DNA of 64,000 bases. It comes from Candidatus Krumholzibacteriia bacterium (GTDB lineage: Bacteria > Krumholzibacteriota > Krumholzibacteriia > LZORAL124-64-63). The notes beneath the pieces were generated by a model. That model ran no database searches. It saw nothing but the letters and a program-made list of their open reading frames with translations, and had not been told where the DNA came from. Positions 29,022 to 40,000 of this stretch are shown here, one piece after another. The position numbers and the translations under genes were made by a program. The stretch is from contig JBFXKG010000001.1 in assembly GCA_050174015.1 (NCBI GenBank), positions 96,001 to 160,000 of the forward strand, read 5' to 3'. Each line of letters starts with the position of its first letter. Position 1 is the first letter of the stretch.

Positions 29022-29324
29022 CCGATTTCCTCCGCACAGCTGGGCATCGGCGCGCCGAGGCGCCGGATGCACGCAATCGTGTCCGGGCGGAAGGACCGGG
29101 CTGGACGGGAAATGGCGAGGGAACGGGAACCGTACGGAAGAGCTTATCCCGCCGTGATCACCAGATCCACGGTCCGGCAGGCGCAGGCCTGTCCGCCATC
29201 TAGATCTGGCCTCTGGGGGAAATCGGACCTCTTCACGATTCACCTCCTCGGCGTGTAGCCGGGTGGGGTGGGAAACGGGGCCGGCTGGCCGTGGGAGGAT
29301 TGTAACCCAGGGCACAACCCGAAG

Positions 29325-29351
29325 TAAAGTCCCTCAGGGTCATGCCGATGA
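29325..29351 (+). promoter_or_regulatory. Sigma-28 (FliA/WhiG)-like promoter
   Basis: TAAA-N15-GCCGATGA, one mismatch to TAAA-N15-GCCGATAA, ~60 nt upstream of the DHH gene. Confidence 0.55.
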
Positions 29352-29412
29352 TTTGACCTGGAAGGTTCGATACCGCCGGCCCTCGGCGGGGGGGCAATTC
29401 AAGGGGAAATCC

Positions 29413-30354
29413 ATGCGCCTGGTCACCCGCTCCGACTTCGACGGTCTCGCCTGCGCCGTCCTCCTGGTGGAGGCCGGCCTGGTCGACACCTATCTCTTCG
29501 TCCATCCCAAGGACCTGCAGGACGGGAAGATCCCCGTCTGCCGCAACGACATCCTGGCGAACGTGCCCTTCGTGCCGGGCTGCGGCATGTGGTTCGACCA
29601 CCATGCCAGCGAGCACGAACGGCTGCAGCTGGTCGCCGACAAGGACTACATCGGCTCAAGCGTGATCTGCCAGAGCTGCGCCCGGGTGATCTACAACTAC
29701 TTCGGCGGCCACGAGCGATACGCCAAGTTCGACCGCAGCGGCATGATGGAGGCCGTGGACCGGTGCGACAGCGGCCAGCTGAGCGTCCAGGAGATCCTCG
29801 ACCCGCGAGGCTGGGTCCTGCTCTCGTTCATCATGGACCCGCGAACGGGCCTGGGCCGGCACCGGGGCTACCGTATCTCCAATTATCAGCTGATGCAGGA
29901 CATGATCCAGTACTGCCGGCGCCTGACCCCCGACGAGATCCTCCAGCTCCCCGACGTCATGGAGCGGACCGAACGATATTTCGACCAGGAGATCGCCTAC
30001 ACGGCCATGATCCGCGAGAATGCTCGGGTCAAGGGGAACCTCCTGATCATCGACCTGATGGACGTCCCGGACATCATGGTCGGCAACCGCTTCAAGGAAT
30101 ACGCCCTGTATCCCCAGACGGACGTGTCCCTGCGCATCATGCGGGGCAAGGATGCCGAGACCGTGGTCTTCACCTGCGGCCACAGCATCCTCAGGCGAAC
30201 CTGCACCGTCAACGTGGGCGAACTGATGCTGCGCTACGGCGGCGGCGGCCACACGCGAGTGGGCACCTGCCAGGTGCCGGCGGCCTACTGGCAGCGGGTG
30301 CGGGACCAGCTCGTGGCCGAACTCACCGCGCTGCCCGCCTGGGTCAGGTCTTGA
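29413..30354 (+). CDS. DHH-family phosphoesterase (exopolyphosphatase/oligoribonuclease-like)
   Basis: RSDFDG, FDHH, MDPRTGLGR, YGGGGH...GTCQ. Confidence 0.88.
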   Translation: MRLVTRSDFDGLACAVLLVEAGLVDTYLFVHPKDLQDGKIPVCRNDILANVPFVPGCGMWFDHHASEHERLQLVADKDYIGSSVICQSCARVIYNYFGGHERYAKFDRSGMMEAVDRCDSGQLSVQEILDPRGWVLLSFIMDPRTGLGRHRGYRISNYQLMQDMIQYCRRLTPDEILQLPDVMERTERYFDQEIAYTAMIRENARVKGNLLIIDLMDVPDIMVGNRFKEYALYPQTDVSLRIMRGKDAETVVFTCGHSILRRTCTVNVGELMLRYGGGGHTRVGTCQVPAAYWQRVRDQLVAELTALPAWVRS

Positions 30355-30418
30355 CCCTCCCGTCCGGTTCCCCCTAAGGTCCAGCGGCCAGGGAACCTGA
30401 ACCGGACAGGGGGAGTCC

Positions 30419-32065
30419 ATGCGTTCATCCGACCGTTTCCGCCTCATCTTCATCATCCTGATCACGATCATGACCGCCGCGGGTCGGCCCCTGCCGGCTC
30501 GGGCCCTTGCCGGACGGGTCGATCCCGGGGTCGAACTGGTGTCGATCATCTTCCGGCTGGCGGGCAGTCCCGAGTACCTGGACGCGCCCGACTCGCCATA
30601 CACACGAGCGGTGGACGCCCATTTCGGCGCGCTGGCCGACCATGCCGCCGTCCAGCGGGCCAAGGAACTGCGGGCTCTGGCGGGCATCTCCTACGACGCC
30701 GCGGCGGAGATCGCCCTGTACCTGGATGCCGACCGGGATTTCGCGCCGTCGATGCCGCTCGATCCCCGCCCCGGAAGTCTGGACGAGCGGTGGGTGGGAC
30801 CGACGGCCGCGGACTTCGCGGTCCTGGCGGGGGAGTTCGCCCGCGATGGGGACTTCGCCGGATTCCGCAGGGGGTGGGAGGAGTTCTACGCCGAGGCCGC
30901 ATCGCGTCTGGATGAGGTCCCGGGCGGGAACGACCTGGAATCCTGGATCACCTCCTGTTACGGACCTCACGACAGGACCGAATTCATCCCCGTGGTCGGG
31001 CTTCTCACCGGCCGGCACAGCTATGGTCTCAGGGTGGATCTTCCTGAGGGCCGCAGCCGCGTCCACGCCATCCAGGGGGTCTGGGCCGTGGACGAGGATG
31101 GGCTGCCCCGCTTTCCGGGGGACACGGCCGCCACCCTGGTCCACGAGTTCAGCCATTCGTTCGTCAACCCGGTCGTGAACCGGAACCTGGAGGCGCTGAA
31201 GGCCGCCGGCGAGCGGATCATGCCCCGGGTCGCCGGGGTCATGCGCGACCAGGCGTACGGCACCTGGGAGACCGTGGTCTGCGAATCCTGCGTCCGGGCG
31301 GCGACCGTGCGCTTCCTCGCCGAGACCCAAGGCGAGCAGGCCGCCCGGGACGCGGTCGCCCGGGAAAAGGCTCATGGCTTCCAGTGGATGCCGGGGCTCG
31401 CGGACCTGTTTCGGGGCCCGGACGGTCCGGACGGCGCCGAGGGGGCCTTCGCCTCCTTCTTTCCCCGGGTCGTCGCCTTTCTGGACGACCACGCGGCGGG
31501 ACTTCCCGCCGGGCCCGCCCCCGTGCCCCTGGGCAGCATCAACACCGCCTTGAACGCCTTGTTGACCGGTGGCGGGGTGGTCGTGGGCCCGGGTCCGGAA
31601 GCGGGGCCCGGAGGGACGGCGGCGGCGGCCTACGTCCAGGCCGTCCACGGCAAGTTCTTCGCGCCCAGGGGCATCGCCCTGGTGGTCGAGACCGATCCCC
31701 GGGATCCGGTTCTCGCCGACGCCGGCGGGATGATCCTCTACGGGACCCCCGAGTCCTCGCCCATGATGGCCAGCCTGTTCAGCGCCTGGGGGATCGCCCT
31801 CGATGCGGGCGGAGTGGACCTTTGCGGCCGTCGCGTCGAGGCGTCCCCGCCCCTGTTGATCGCCGCCCTGCCCGACCCCGGGAGCGAGAGCCGGATCGTC
31901 ATCGTCTACGCCGCCTCCTCCCTGGAACTGCTGCCTGGCATCAACAACCTGTACCACGGGCCCACGGGTTGGGTGGTCGGCTGGGGCGGGGGACAGGGGA
32001 AGCCCCAGGCCGCCGATTCGGGAGGGTTCGAGCTCCACGGCGGAATACTGAAGGTCAGTCCTTGA
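30419..32065 (+). CDS. Secreted DUF4932-type protein with HEXXH motif (putative metallopeptidase)
   Basis: Signal peptide, VDPGVELVSIIFRLAG, HEFSHSFVNP, YGTWETVVCESCVRA. Confidence 0.75.
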   Translation: MRSSDRFRLIFIILITIMTAAGRPLPARALAGRVDPGVELVSIIFRLAGSPEYLDAPDSPYTRAVDAHFGALADHAAVQRAKELRALAGISYDAAAEIALYLDADRDFAPSMPLDPRPGSLDERWVGPTAADFAVLAGEFARDGDFAGFRRGWEEFYAEAASRLDEVPGGNDLESWITSCYGPHDRTEFIPVVGLLTGRHSYGLRVDLPEGRSRVHAIQGVWAVDEDGLPRFPGDTAATLVHEFSHSFVNPVVNRNLEALKAAGERIMPRVAGVMRDQAYGTWETVVCESCVRAATVRFLAETQGEQAARDAVAREKAHGFQWMPGLADLFRGPDGPDGAEGAFASFFPRVVAFLDDHAAGLPAGPAPVPLGSINTALNALLTGGGVVVGPGPEAGPGGTAAAAYVQAVHGKFFAPRGIALVVETDPRDPVLADAGGMILYGTPESSPMMASLFSAWGIALDAGGVDLCGRRVEASPPLLIAALPDPGSESRIVIVYAASSLELLPGINNLYHGPTGWVVGWGGGQGKPQAADSGGFELHGGILKVSP

Positions 32066-32167
32066 AAACCGGCATTCGTTTTGCGAATGTTTTCCATGTC
32101 AAACATTTAACACATGGTGCGGATTCGGGGAGAACCGCATCGGTGGCAATCCCGAGGGAGTTGGCCC

Positions 32168-33178
32168 ATGCGTTCAGTAATGGCGTTATTTTTGATTTTG
32201 ATCCCGGCGACCGCCGTGGTCGCCCGGGATGTCGCCCCTCTGACCGACCCCGGCAAGATCTTCTGGGCCCATGCCCCGTTCGAGATGGGCGAGTGCGTGA
32301 TCTGCCACGAGTCGAACGATCCCCAGAACCCCGGTGGGGTGTCCGGCGAGGTCAATGATCTATGCTTCAGCTGCCATGACCTTTTCCAGGCAACGCTGAG
32401 CGAGTTCGCCAACGTCCACTATCCGGTCGAGGAATCCTGCACCAACTGCCACAATCCCCACAACTCGTCGCGGGAGAAGCTCCTCGATCTGGAACCTGCC
32501 GCCCTGTGCGGAGGATGTCACGAGGAGATTCTCGCCCGGGCCACCGGTTCGCCGGTGAAGCACGATCCTGTTCTCGAGGGTCGGGCCTGCCTGAACTGTC
32601 ACGATGCCCACGCCAGCCGGGTGGAGGCCATGCTGACCGGCCTGCCCTACGATCTGTGCGTGGAATGCCATGGTCGCGATGGTATGACCGACGAATCCGG
32701 CCGGCCCCTCACCAACTTCAGGACCCTGATCTCAGGCAGCCACATGGAACACGGCCCGGTCGCCGACAAGGACTGCTCGGCCTGCCATTTCACCCACGGC
32801 GGGTCGAACTTCCGCATGCTGGTCAGCGAATATCCTGAGAAGTTCTACGCCCCCTACGACGCGGCGAACTACGACCTCTGTTTCAGCTGCCACGAGATCG
32901 ACGTCTTCGAGTCCCCCGAGACCACGACCCTGACGGGATTCCGGGACGGAGACCGCAACCTGCACCATCTCCACGTGAACAAGATCCGGCGTGGGCGCAC
33001 CTGCCGTGCCTGCCACGAAGTCCATGCGGCGCCGCAGGAGCACATGATCCGGGACGGGGTTCCCTACGGGCCCAACAACTGGATCCTCAAGATCAACTTC
33101 ACCGGCGCTCCGAACGGTGGCTCCTGCGCGAAGACCTGCCACCCGACCAAGCCCTATGACAGGACGGCGACGCCGTGA
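32168..33178 (+). CDS. Periplasmic multiheme cytochrome c (doubled-CXXCH type), 9 CXXCH + 1 CX3CH
   Basis: CVICH, CFSCH, CTNCH, CGGCH, CLNCH, CVECH, CSACH, CFSCH, CRACH, CAKTCH; H-x-P-V axial motifs; signal peptide. Confidence 0.92.
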   Translation: MRSVMALFLILIPATAVVARDVAPLTDPGKIFWAHAPFEMGECVICHESNDPQNPGGVSGEVNDLCFSCHDLFQATLSEFANVHYPVEESCTNCHNPHNSSREKLLDLEPAALCGGCHEEILARATGSPVKHDPVLEGRACLNCHDAHASRVEAMLTGLPYDLCVECHGRDGMTDESGRPLTNFRTLISGSHMEHGPVADKDCSACHFTHGGSNFRMLVSEYPEKFYAPYDAANYDLCFSCHEIDVFESPETTTLTGFRDGDRNLHHLHVNKIRRGRTCRACHEVHAAPQEHMIRDGVPYGPNNWILKINFTGAPNGGSCAKTCHPTKPYDRTATP

Positions 33179-33975
33179 CGCTCCTGCGGTCCCGGCTGGT
33201 GCCCTGGGGGTGCGTGCTGGCGGTCCTTTTCGCCGGGTCGCCGGCAGCCAACCTGGCCTTTTCCTACGTCGCCGAAGGCGAACCCCTTCCCCCGCTGGAA
33301 CTCGACCGCTCCGGCGGGGGCCGGGAAAGCTATGTGGGCGCGGCCGGTGACCTGGCCCGGGTCTTCGCCTTCGTCAAGGGAGACCATCCGCACTCGGCGG
33401 AGATCATTGCCGAGATGGCCGCCATCGCGAGGGAATTCGGGGACCGGCCGGTGCACTGGGCCCTGATCGTCTCCGACAGGCACGGCGCGGCCTGGGCCGA
33501 TTCCGCCGCCGCCGCGCTTCCGGGAGTTTCGGTCCTCATCGACCACGGCGACACGCTCTATGGAACCCTCGGTGTGGCCTTGACCCCGGCAGTCGGTCTG
33601 GGCACGGCCGAGGGCGTTCTCCACGCCTACCTGCCCTACCGCAAGATCCACTTCGGAGCCGTCCTGCGGGCCCACCTGCAATTCCTGTTGGGGGACATCG
33701 ATGCCGCCGGGCTGGCGGAGATCCTCGAACCGGTGCGGTCGCGGGTGGCCGATTCGCAGGAGGCGGGGTGCCTGAGGGCCCTCAAGCTGGCCGGAATGCT
33801 CACCAGGAGCGGCAAGACCGACAAGGCGCTGATCCAGATCGAGAACGCCCTCGCCGATTGCCCCGAACTGCCTGACGCTTACCAGGCCCTGGCCGAGGTC
33901 CGGAAGCTCCAGGGAGACGAGGCCGGCGCCGAAGCCGCAGCCATGCGCGCCCTGTCCTTGGACCGAGTCCGTTGA
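33175..33975 (+). CDS. Secreted redoxin-fold (no CXXC) + TPR protein coupled to the cytochrome
   Basis: GEPLPPLEL, VLID...LYGTLGVALTP (cis-Pro loop-like), C-terminal TPR; GTGA overlap. Confidence 0.6.
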   Translation: MTLLRSRLVPWGCVLAVLFAGSPAANLAFSYVAEGEPLPPLELDRSGGGRESYVGAAGDLARVFAFVKGDHPHSAEIIAEMAAIAREFGDRPVHWALIVSDRHGAAWADSAAAALPGVSVLIDHGDTLYGTLGVALTPAVGLGTAEGVLHAYLPYRKIHFGAVLRAHLQFLLGDIDAAGLAEILEPVRSRVADSQEAGCLRALKLAGMLTRSGKTDKALIQIENALADCPELPDAYQALAEVRKLQGDEAGAEAAAMRALSLDRVR

Positions 33976-34001
33976 CTTGACCCACGAAAACCCTGTACAA
34001 T
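33972..34001 (+). promoter_or_regulatory. Sigma-70-like promoter of the giant subtilase
   Basis: TTGACT-N18-TACAAT. Confidence 0.5.
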
Positions 34002-34061
34002 GAATCAGAAAATGACCGGTAGGGGCATTTCCTGTTTATTGCCATGTTTAGGGGGAATTCC

Positions 34062-37000
34062 ATGTCCAGACGATCCATCGTTGTGGTGGCGTGTCTTCTC
34101 TTTTCCGCCATCACGGGAATCATTTTGCCTGTCCCCAGTTTCGCCCAGACCGAGGAATTCGCCCCCGGCGAGGTCATCGTCAAGTTCGCGCCCACGGTGA
34201 GCAGCAGCCAGGCCGCCGATTTCCTGGCCGCTGCCGGGGCGGTCAGGATCAAGGACTTCCGCCGGATCGGCGCCACCCTGGTCCGCCTGGAGGGGATGAC
34301 GGTCCTCGAGGCCATTGCCGCCTACGCCGGATCTCCCGCCATCGAGTACATCGAACCGAACTACGCCCTGCGGCTGCTCAACACGCCGAACGATCCCGAC
34401 TACGGGCTGCTCTGGGGCATGAACAATACGGGCCAGACCGGCGGCACCCCGGATGCGGACATCGACGCACCCGAGGCCTGGGACCAGTTCACCGGGACGG
34501 GCGACGTCATCGTCGGCATCATCGACACCGGGATCGACTACAACCATCCCGACCTTGCGGCCAACATCTGGACCAACGCCGGGGAGATCCCCGGCAACGG
34601 CATCGATGACGACCAGAACGGCTGGATCGACGACATCCACGGGTGGGACGCCATCAATCAGGACGGCGACCCCATGGACGACAACAGCCACGGCACCCAT
34701 TGCGCCGGGACCATCGGCGGGGTCGGCAACAACGGCCTGGGCGTTCCCGGGGTGAACTGGAACGTCAAGCTGATGGCCCTGAAATTCCTCAGTGCGGGCG
34801 GCGGCGGCTACACCGACGACGCGGTGGAGTGTATCGAGTATGCGGTGGCCATGGGCGCCACCCTGACCAGCAACAGCTGGGGCGGGGGCGGCTATTCCCA
34901 GGCCCTCGAAGACGCGATCGCCGACGCCTACCAGGCCGGGCAGCTCTTCGTCGCCGCCGCGGGCAACTCGGGCCAGGACAACGACGTCTACCCCAACTAT
35001 CCCAGCAACTACGACGTGCCCAACGTGGTGGCCGTTGGCGCCACCGATCACGACGACGATCGGGTCAACACGGGGCTCTGGGCTTCGAGCTTCGGCGCGA
35101 CCACCGTCGACGTGGGGGCTCCCGGCCTGGACATCTACAGCACCGTTCCCGGCGGCGGGTACGGCTACAAGAGCGGCACCTCCATGGCGACGCCCCACGT
35201 GGCCGGCTCCCTGGCCCTGCTCAAGGGCGTGTTTCCGGCCTTGCCCCCGGAGACGGCCCGCCTGGTCCTGATCAATTCCGCCGATCCCAAGCCCCAACTC
35301 GACGGCCTGTGGGTCAGCGGGGGGCGGCTGAACGTGAACAACATGCTGGCGGGGATGGACACGATCCCCCCGGCCGCCGTGGGGGACCTGGCCGTGATCG
35401 AGACGGCCTCCAGCTGGGTCGACCTGCAATGGACGGCCTCGGGTGACGACCACCTGACCGGTACCGCGTTCGCCTACGACATCCGCTATGCGGATTATCC
35501 CCTGGACGAGACCAATTTCGACGCCGCCGCGGTGGTGGATCATGAACTGGTCCCCGTGCCGTCAGGCGGGGTCGAGACCGTCCGGGCCGGCAACCTGGAC
35601 TTTTTGACCACGTATCATTTCGCCCTCAAGGTTCTGGACGAGTACGGCAACACGAGCGGCATCTCCAACCTCACCAGCGCGACCACCCTGGGCGTGCCCG
35701 CGATCATCCTTGATCCGACTTCCCTGACCGTGGCCCTGGAAACCGGCCAGCAGGCTGTCCGCAGCGTCACCGTGAGCAACGACGGGGACGGCGTCCTCGA
35801 TTTCGAGGCGGCGGCGATCTCCGTCGACCCCCTGGCCGTGGCCATGCGGGACGCCGGGCTGACGGTCATCGACGGCATCGTTCCTTCCGGATCGAGGGAC
35901 GAGGACGGCGAGACCGTCCCGGCCCTGAGCCCGGCGGAAGCGGACCTGCTCCTGGGGCGGTTGGCGGACTATTCAGGGGCGGTCGCCGCCTCCGGCGCGG
36001 CGTCCGGCCTGCCGGTCATCGGCGTCGGCGGCGGGTCCGGCCTGGACCTGCAGACCTTCCTGATGGGCAACGCCCAGCTGGCGGGCCTCTTCGTCTTCGA
36101 GTACGTGGATTACGTCTTCGACGACTTGACGCCCTACGACGGTCTGATCATCGCGGAGTACGACTTCAACCTCTCCGAACAGGGGGCGGTCAAGCTGGCG
36201 GACTTCACCGGGACGGGCAAGCCCCTGTTCATCGGCATGGACGACTTCGACGACGTCTGGTTCGGGACCATCCCCGGCCTGGTGGGGCCCATGCTGGGCA
36301 TCGGGGCGCCGGCCGACGGGAACTTCTGCGTCAACGGGCCCGTGAACCCCAGCCACCCCGTCACGACCGGCATCCCGCAGGCGATCGTCGGCGGCAGCTG
36401 GTGCAACGACAACGACTCGTTCACCCTCGACGGCGCCGACTGGCTGTTCCGGGACGGGGCCACCGGCGCGAACTTCGGGGTGGCCTACGACGGCCCCGCC
36501 CGGACCGTGACCATGGGCGAGAACCTGGCCTCGGTGTGGTACGCCAACGAGCAGCTCAACGTCAACGCCGTGCTCTGGATGATGGAGGGTGGCGGCGTTC
36601 CGGCGGTGGATCCCGCTTTCGGTTCGATTCCCGCGGGCGGCAGCCTGGACGTGGACGTCATCTTCGACGCCGCCGACCTGTGCACGGACGTGTTCCTATC
36701 CGAGGTCGTGTTCTCCAGCAACGATCCGGGCAATCCCGAGGCCGTGGTGTCCGCCGAGATGGCGGTGACCGGACGGACGGACATCGATCTTTCCTCCGCT
36801 GCCCTGGACTTCGGGGCGGCCTTCGTCAACGGTCAGGTCCTGGACACGCTGCGGGTGAGGAACGCCGGCTGCGACGTCCTTTCCATCACTTCCATCGTGA
36901 GCGACCATCCGGATTTCACCCTGGACACCGCGGCCTTCGACCTGAGTCAAGGGCAGGGCCGGGACCTGGTCATCAGCTTCATCCCCTCGGACCTGGGCGT

Positions 37001-40000
37001 CCGGAGCGGGACCCTGACCATCGCCTCCACCGATCCCGACGAACCGGTAGTGACGGTCGACGTGCAGGGCGTGGGCCTCGAGGCCCCCGTCATTTCCGTC
37101 ACCCCGACCTCCCTGAACACGAGCCTGCTGACCGGGCAGGTGGACGTCCAGACGGTGACCGTCAGCAACCTGGGCGGCTCGGATCTCGCCTTCAGCATCC
37201 GGTCGGCCGGGCTGGATACCCTGGGAGCTCCCACCGGGACGGCCCGCGTGCTCAATCCCGACGCGCCCGAGGTTCCCGGAATCGCCTACGAAACTGGAGC
37301 GACGCCGTTCCGTGATCCCCTGCCGGCCCCCACCGTTGCGCTCGGTCTTCCTTTGGCCGAGTCCCTGGAGATCCTGATCCTGGGTTCGGGCACGTTCACG
37401 GAATTCCAGAACGAACTGCTGGCCTTCGCCGAGATCTCGGTGGTGGACGTCTTCAACGGCGCCTCCCAGGCGCCCACCCTGGCCGACCTGGAACCCTACG
37501 ACGTGGTGATCCTGGCCACCGGCAATCCTTACTACGATCCCGAAACCACCGGGAACGTCCTGGCCGACTACATCGACGGCGGGGGAGGCGTCGTGCAGGC
37601 CGTCGCAGCTTTCGTCGAGGGTTTCGAGGTCCGGGGACGCTTCCTGAGCGGACAATACGGAGCATACTCCCTGGGCTACGGTCCCATCGGGGACGGCCTG
37701 CTGGGGACCTACGACCCCACGCATCCGATCATGGCGGACGTGGACTACGTCTATGGTGATCTGCTGGCCACCGCGCCGCTGGTGCCCGGCGCCCAGCTGG
37801 TCGCCTCCTGGAACTTCGGCGAGCCCCTGGTCGCCACCCAGGGCGACAACGTCGTCGGCGTGAACATCTACTTCGCCAGCCCGGGCTACTGGGACGGCGA
37901 CGCGGTGCTGCTGGTCCGCAACGCCTGCCTGTGGCTGACCGGCGGAGCCTTCTGGCTGCGGCCTGAGCCTCGCGAAGGGATCCTGGCGCCGGGCGGCAGC
38001 CTCGACGTCGCGGTCACCCTCGACGCCACCGATCTGTGTACCGACACCTACCTGGGAGAGCTCCGGATCACCAGCAACGATCCGGTGAACCCGGAGGTCG
38101 CGGTGCAGGCGGCCATGATGGTCCAGGGCGAACCGGACGTCGCGGTCTCCGACACGCTGCTGGCCTACGGCCAGGTCCTGCTGGGGAACGCGCCGGCCGA
38201 CACCCTGGTGATCGGCAATCCCGGGTGCGACCTGCTGACGATCGACGCGGTCACCATCGACAACCCCGAGTTCTCGACGGTCGCCGGACCCTTCGGCATC
38301 CTGCCCGGCGGGGTGACCCCCCTGGTGGTGACCTTCACCCCCGTGACCCTGGGGGTGAAGTCGGCCACCCTGACCCTCACGACCAACGATCCGGACGAGC
38401 CGGTCGTGGTCGTTCTCTTGACCGCCGAGGTGTTGCCGGCGCCCGTCGCCGGGGTGGATCCGACCAGCCTGACCTCCGTGCTGGTTCCCGGCGGCATCGA
38501 CATCCAGACCCTCGCCATCTCGAACACCGGCGGGTCGGACCTGGACTGGAGCCTGCGGGCCGTGCCGCGGAACCCGGTCGCCGCAGCGATGCAGCAGGCG
38601 GCCATCGAAGCGGTGGCGGGCCTGGAGCCCGTCCCCGCGATCAACGAGGACGGGGAGACCGTTTTGGCGCTGGACCCGGAGCAGCGGGCGGAATTCAGCC
38701 TGCGCCTGGATGCCTACCGCACCCGGGCGGAGCAGCTGGGGGCCTTCGACGTCCTGCCGGTCATCGGCGTCGGCGGGGCCGCGAGCTTCGACCTCATGTT
38801 CCAGCTGCTGGACAGCCCGGAGCTCGTGGCGGAGTTCGCGTTCCTCGAGGTCGACTACTGGTCCGACGACCTGTCTGCTCTGGCGGGTCTGGCCATCGCC
38901 GAGTTCGACGCGAACGTCACCGAGGCGTCGGCCGGCGTCCTGAGGGACTTCTTCGATTCCGGCCGGCCCATCATGATGGGCATGGACGACTTCGACTCGG
39001 TCTGGTCCGGCCCCATCGCCGCCGACCTGACCGCGGTTTTCGGCGTCGAGGCGCCCCAGGACGGGGACCTCTGCTCCAACGGCCGGCTCAACCCGGGCCA
39101 TCCCATCAACCAGGGGCTGCCGGGATTCACCATCGGCGGCAGCTGGTGCAACGACAACGACCACTTCCAGCTCGCGGGAGCGGAATGGATCATCGACGAG
39201 TCCCTGCAGGGCAGGATCTTCGGCACGGCCCACCAGTCCACCGCCCGCACCGTCCTGCTGGGCGAGAGCCTGGCCTACGTCTGGAGCCCCAACGTCCAGC
39301 AGAACGTCAACGCGATCCTGTGGATGATGCAGGGCGGCGGGCTGCCCAAGCTCGACCCGTCCGCGGGAGTCCTGCCCGCAGGCGGGGTCCAGGAGGTCCA
39401 GGTCACCTTCGACGCCACCAACCTGTGCGGCGACGTGTTCCTCTCTGACGTCATCCTGGCCAGCAACGATCCCCTGCAGCCGGAGATCGTGATTCCCGCG
39501 AACTTGACGGTGACCGGGGAGCCCGACATCGAGCCGGGCGTCTCCGTGCTCGATTTCGGCCAGGTATACCTGACGGCGACGGTCATGGACACCCTGTGGA
39601 TCCACAACAACGCCTGCGGCCTGCTCGAGGTCGCGTCGATCGCCATCGACGACCCCGTCTTCAGCGCCGAAGGCGGCCCCTTGACCATCCCCGGTTCGGC
39701 TTCCTATCCCCTCGCGGTGGCCTTCGCCCCCGCCGATACGGGGAGCTTCTCGGCGACCTTGACCATCACCAGCAACGACCCGGACGAGACCGTGGTCACG
39801 GTGGATCTGCTGGGGCGGGGCGTCCTGGGTCCCGAAATCCTGGTGGCACCCCTTTCCTTCACCATCGACCTGGTTCCGGGCGAGTCGGCGACCGACCTCC
39901 TGGAGATCAGCAACATCGGCCAGGCCGACCTGGTCTGGAACATCGGGGTCGCCGTCCGGGACACCATGGCCGCGGCCCTGCGTTCGGCGGCCTCGGCCGC

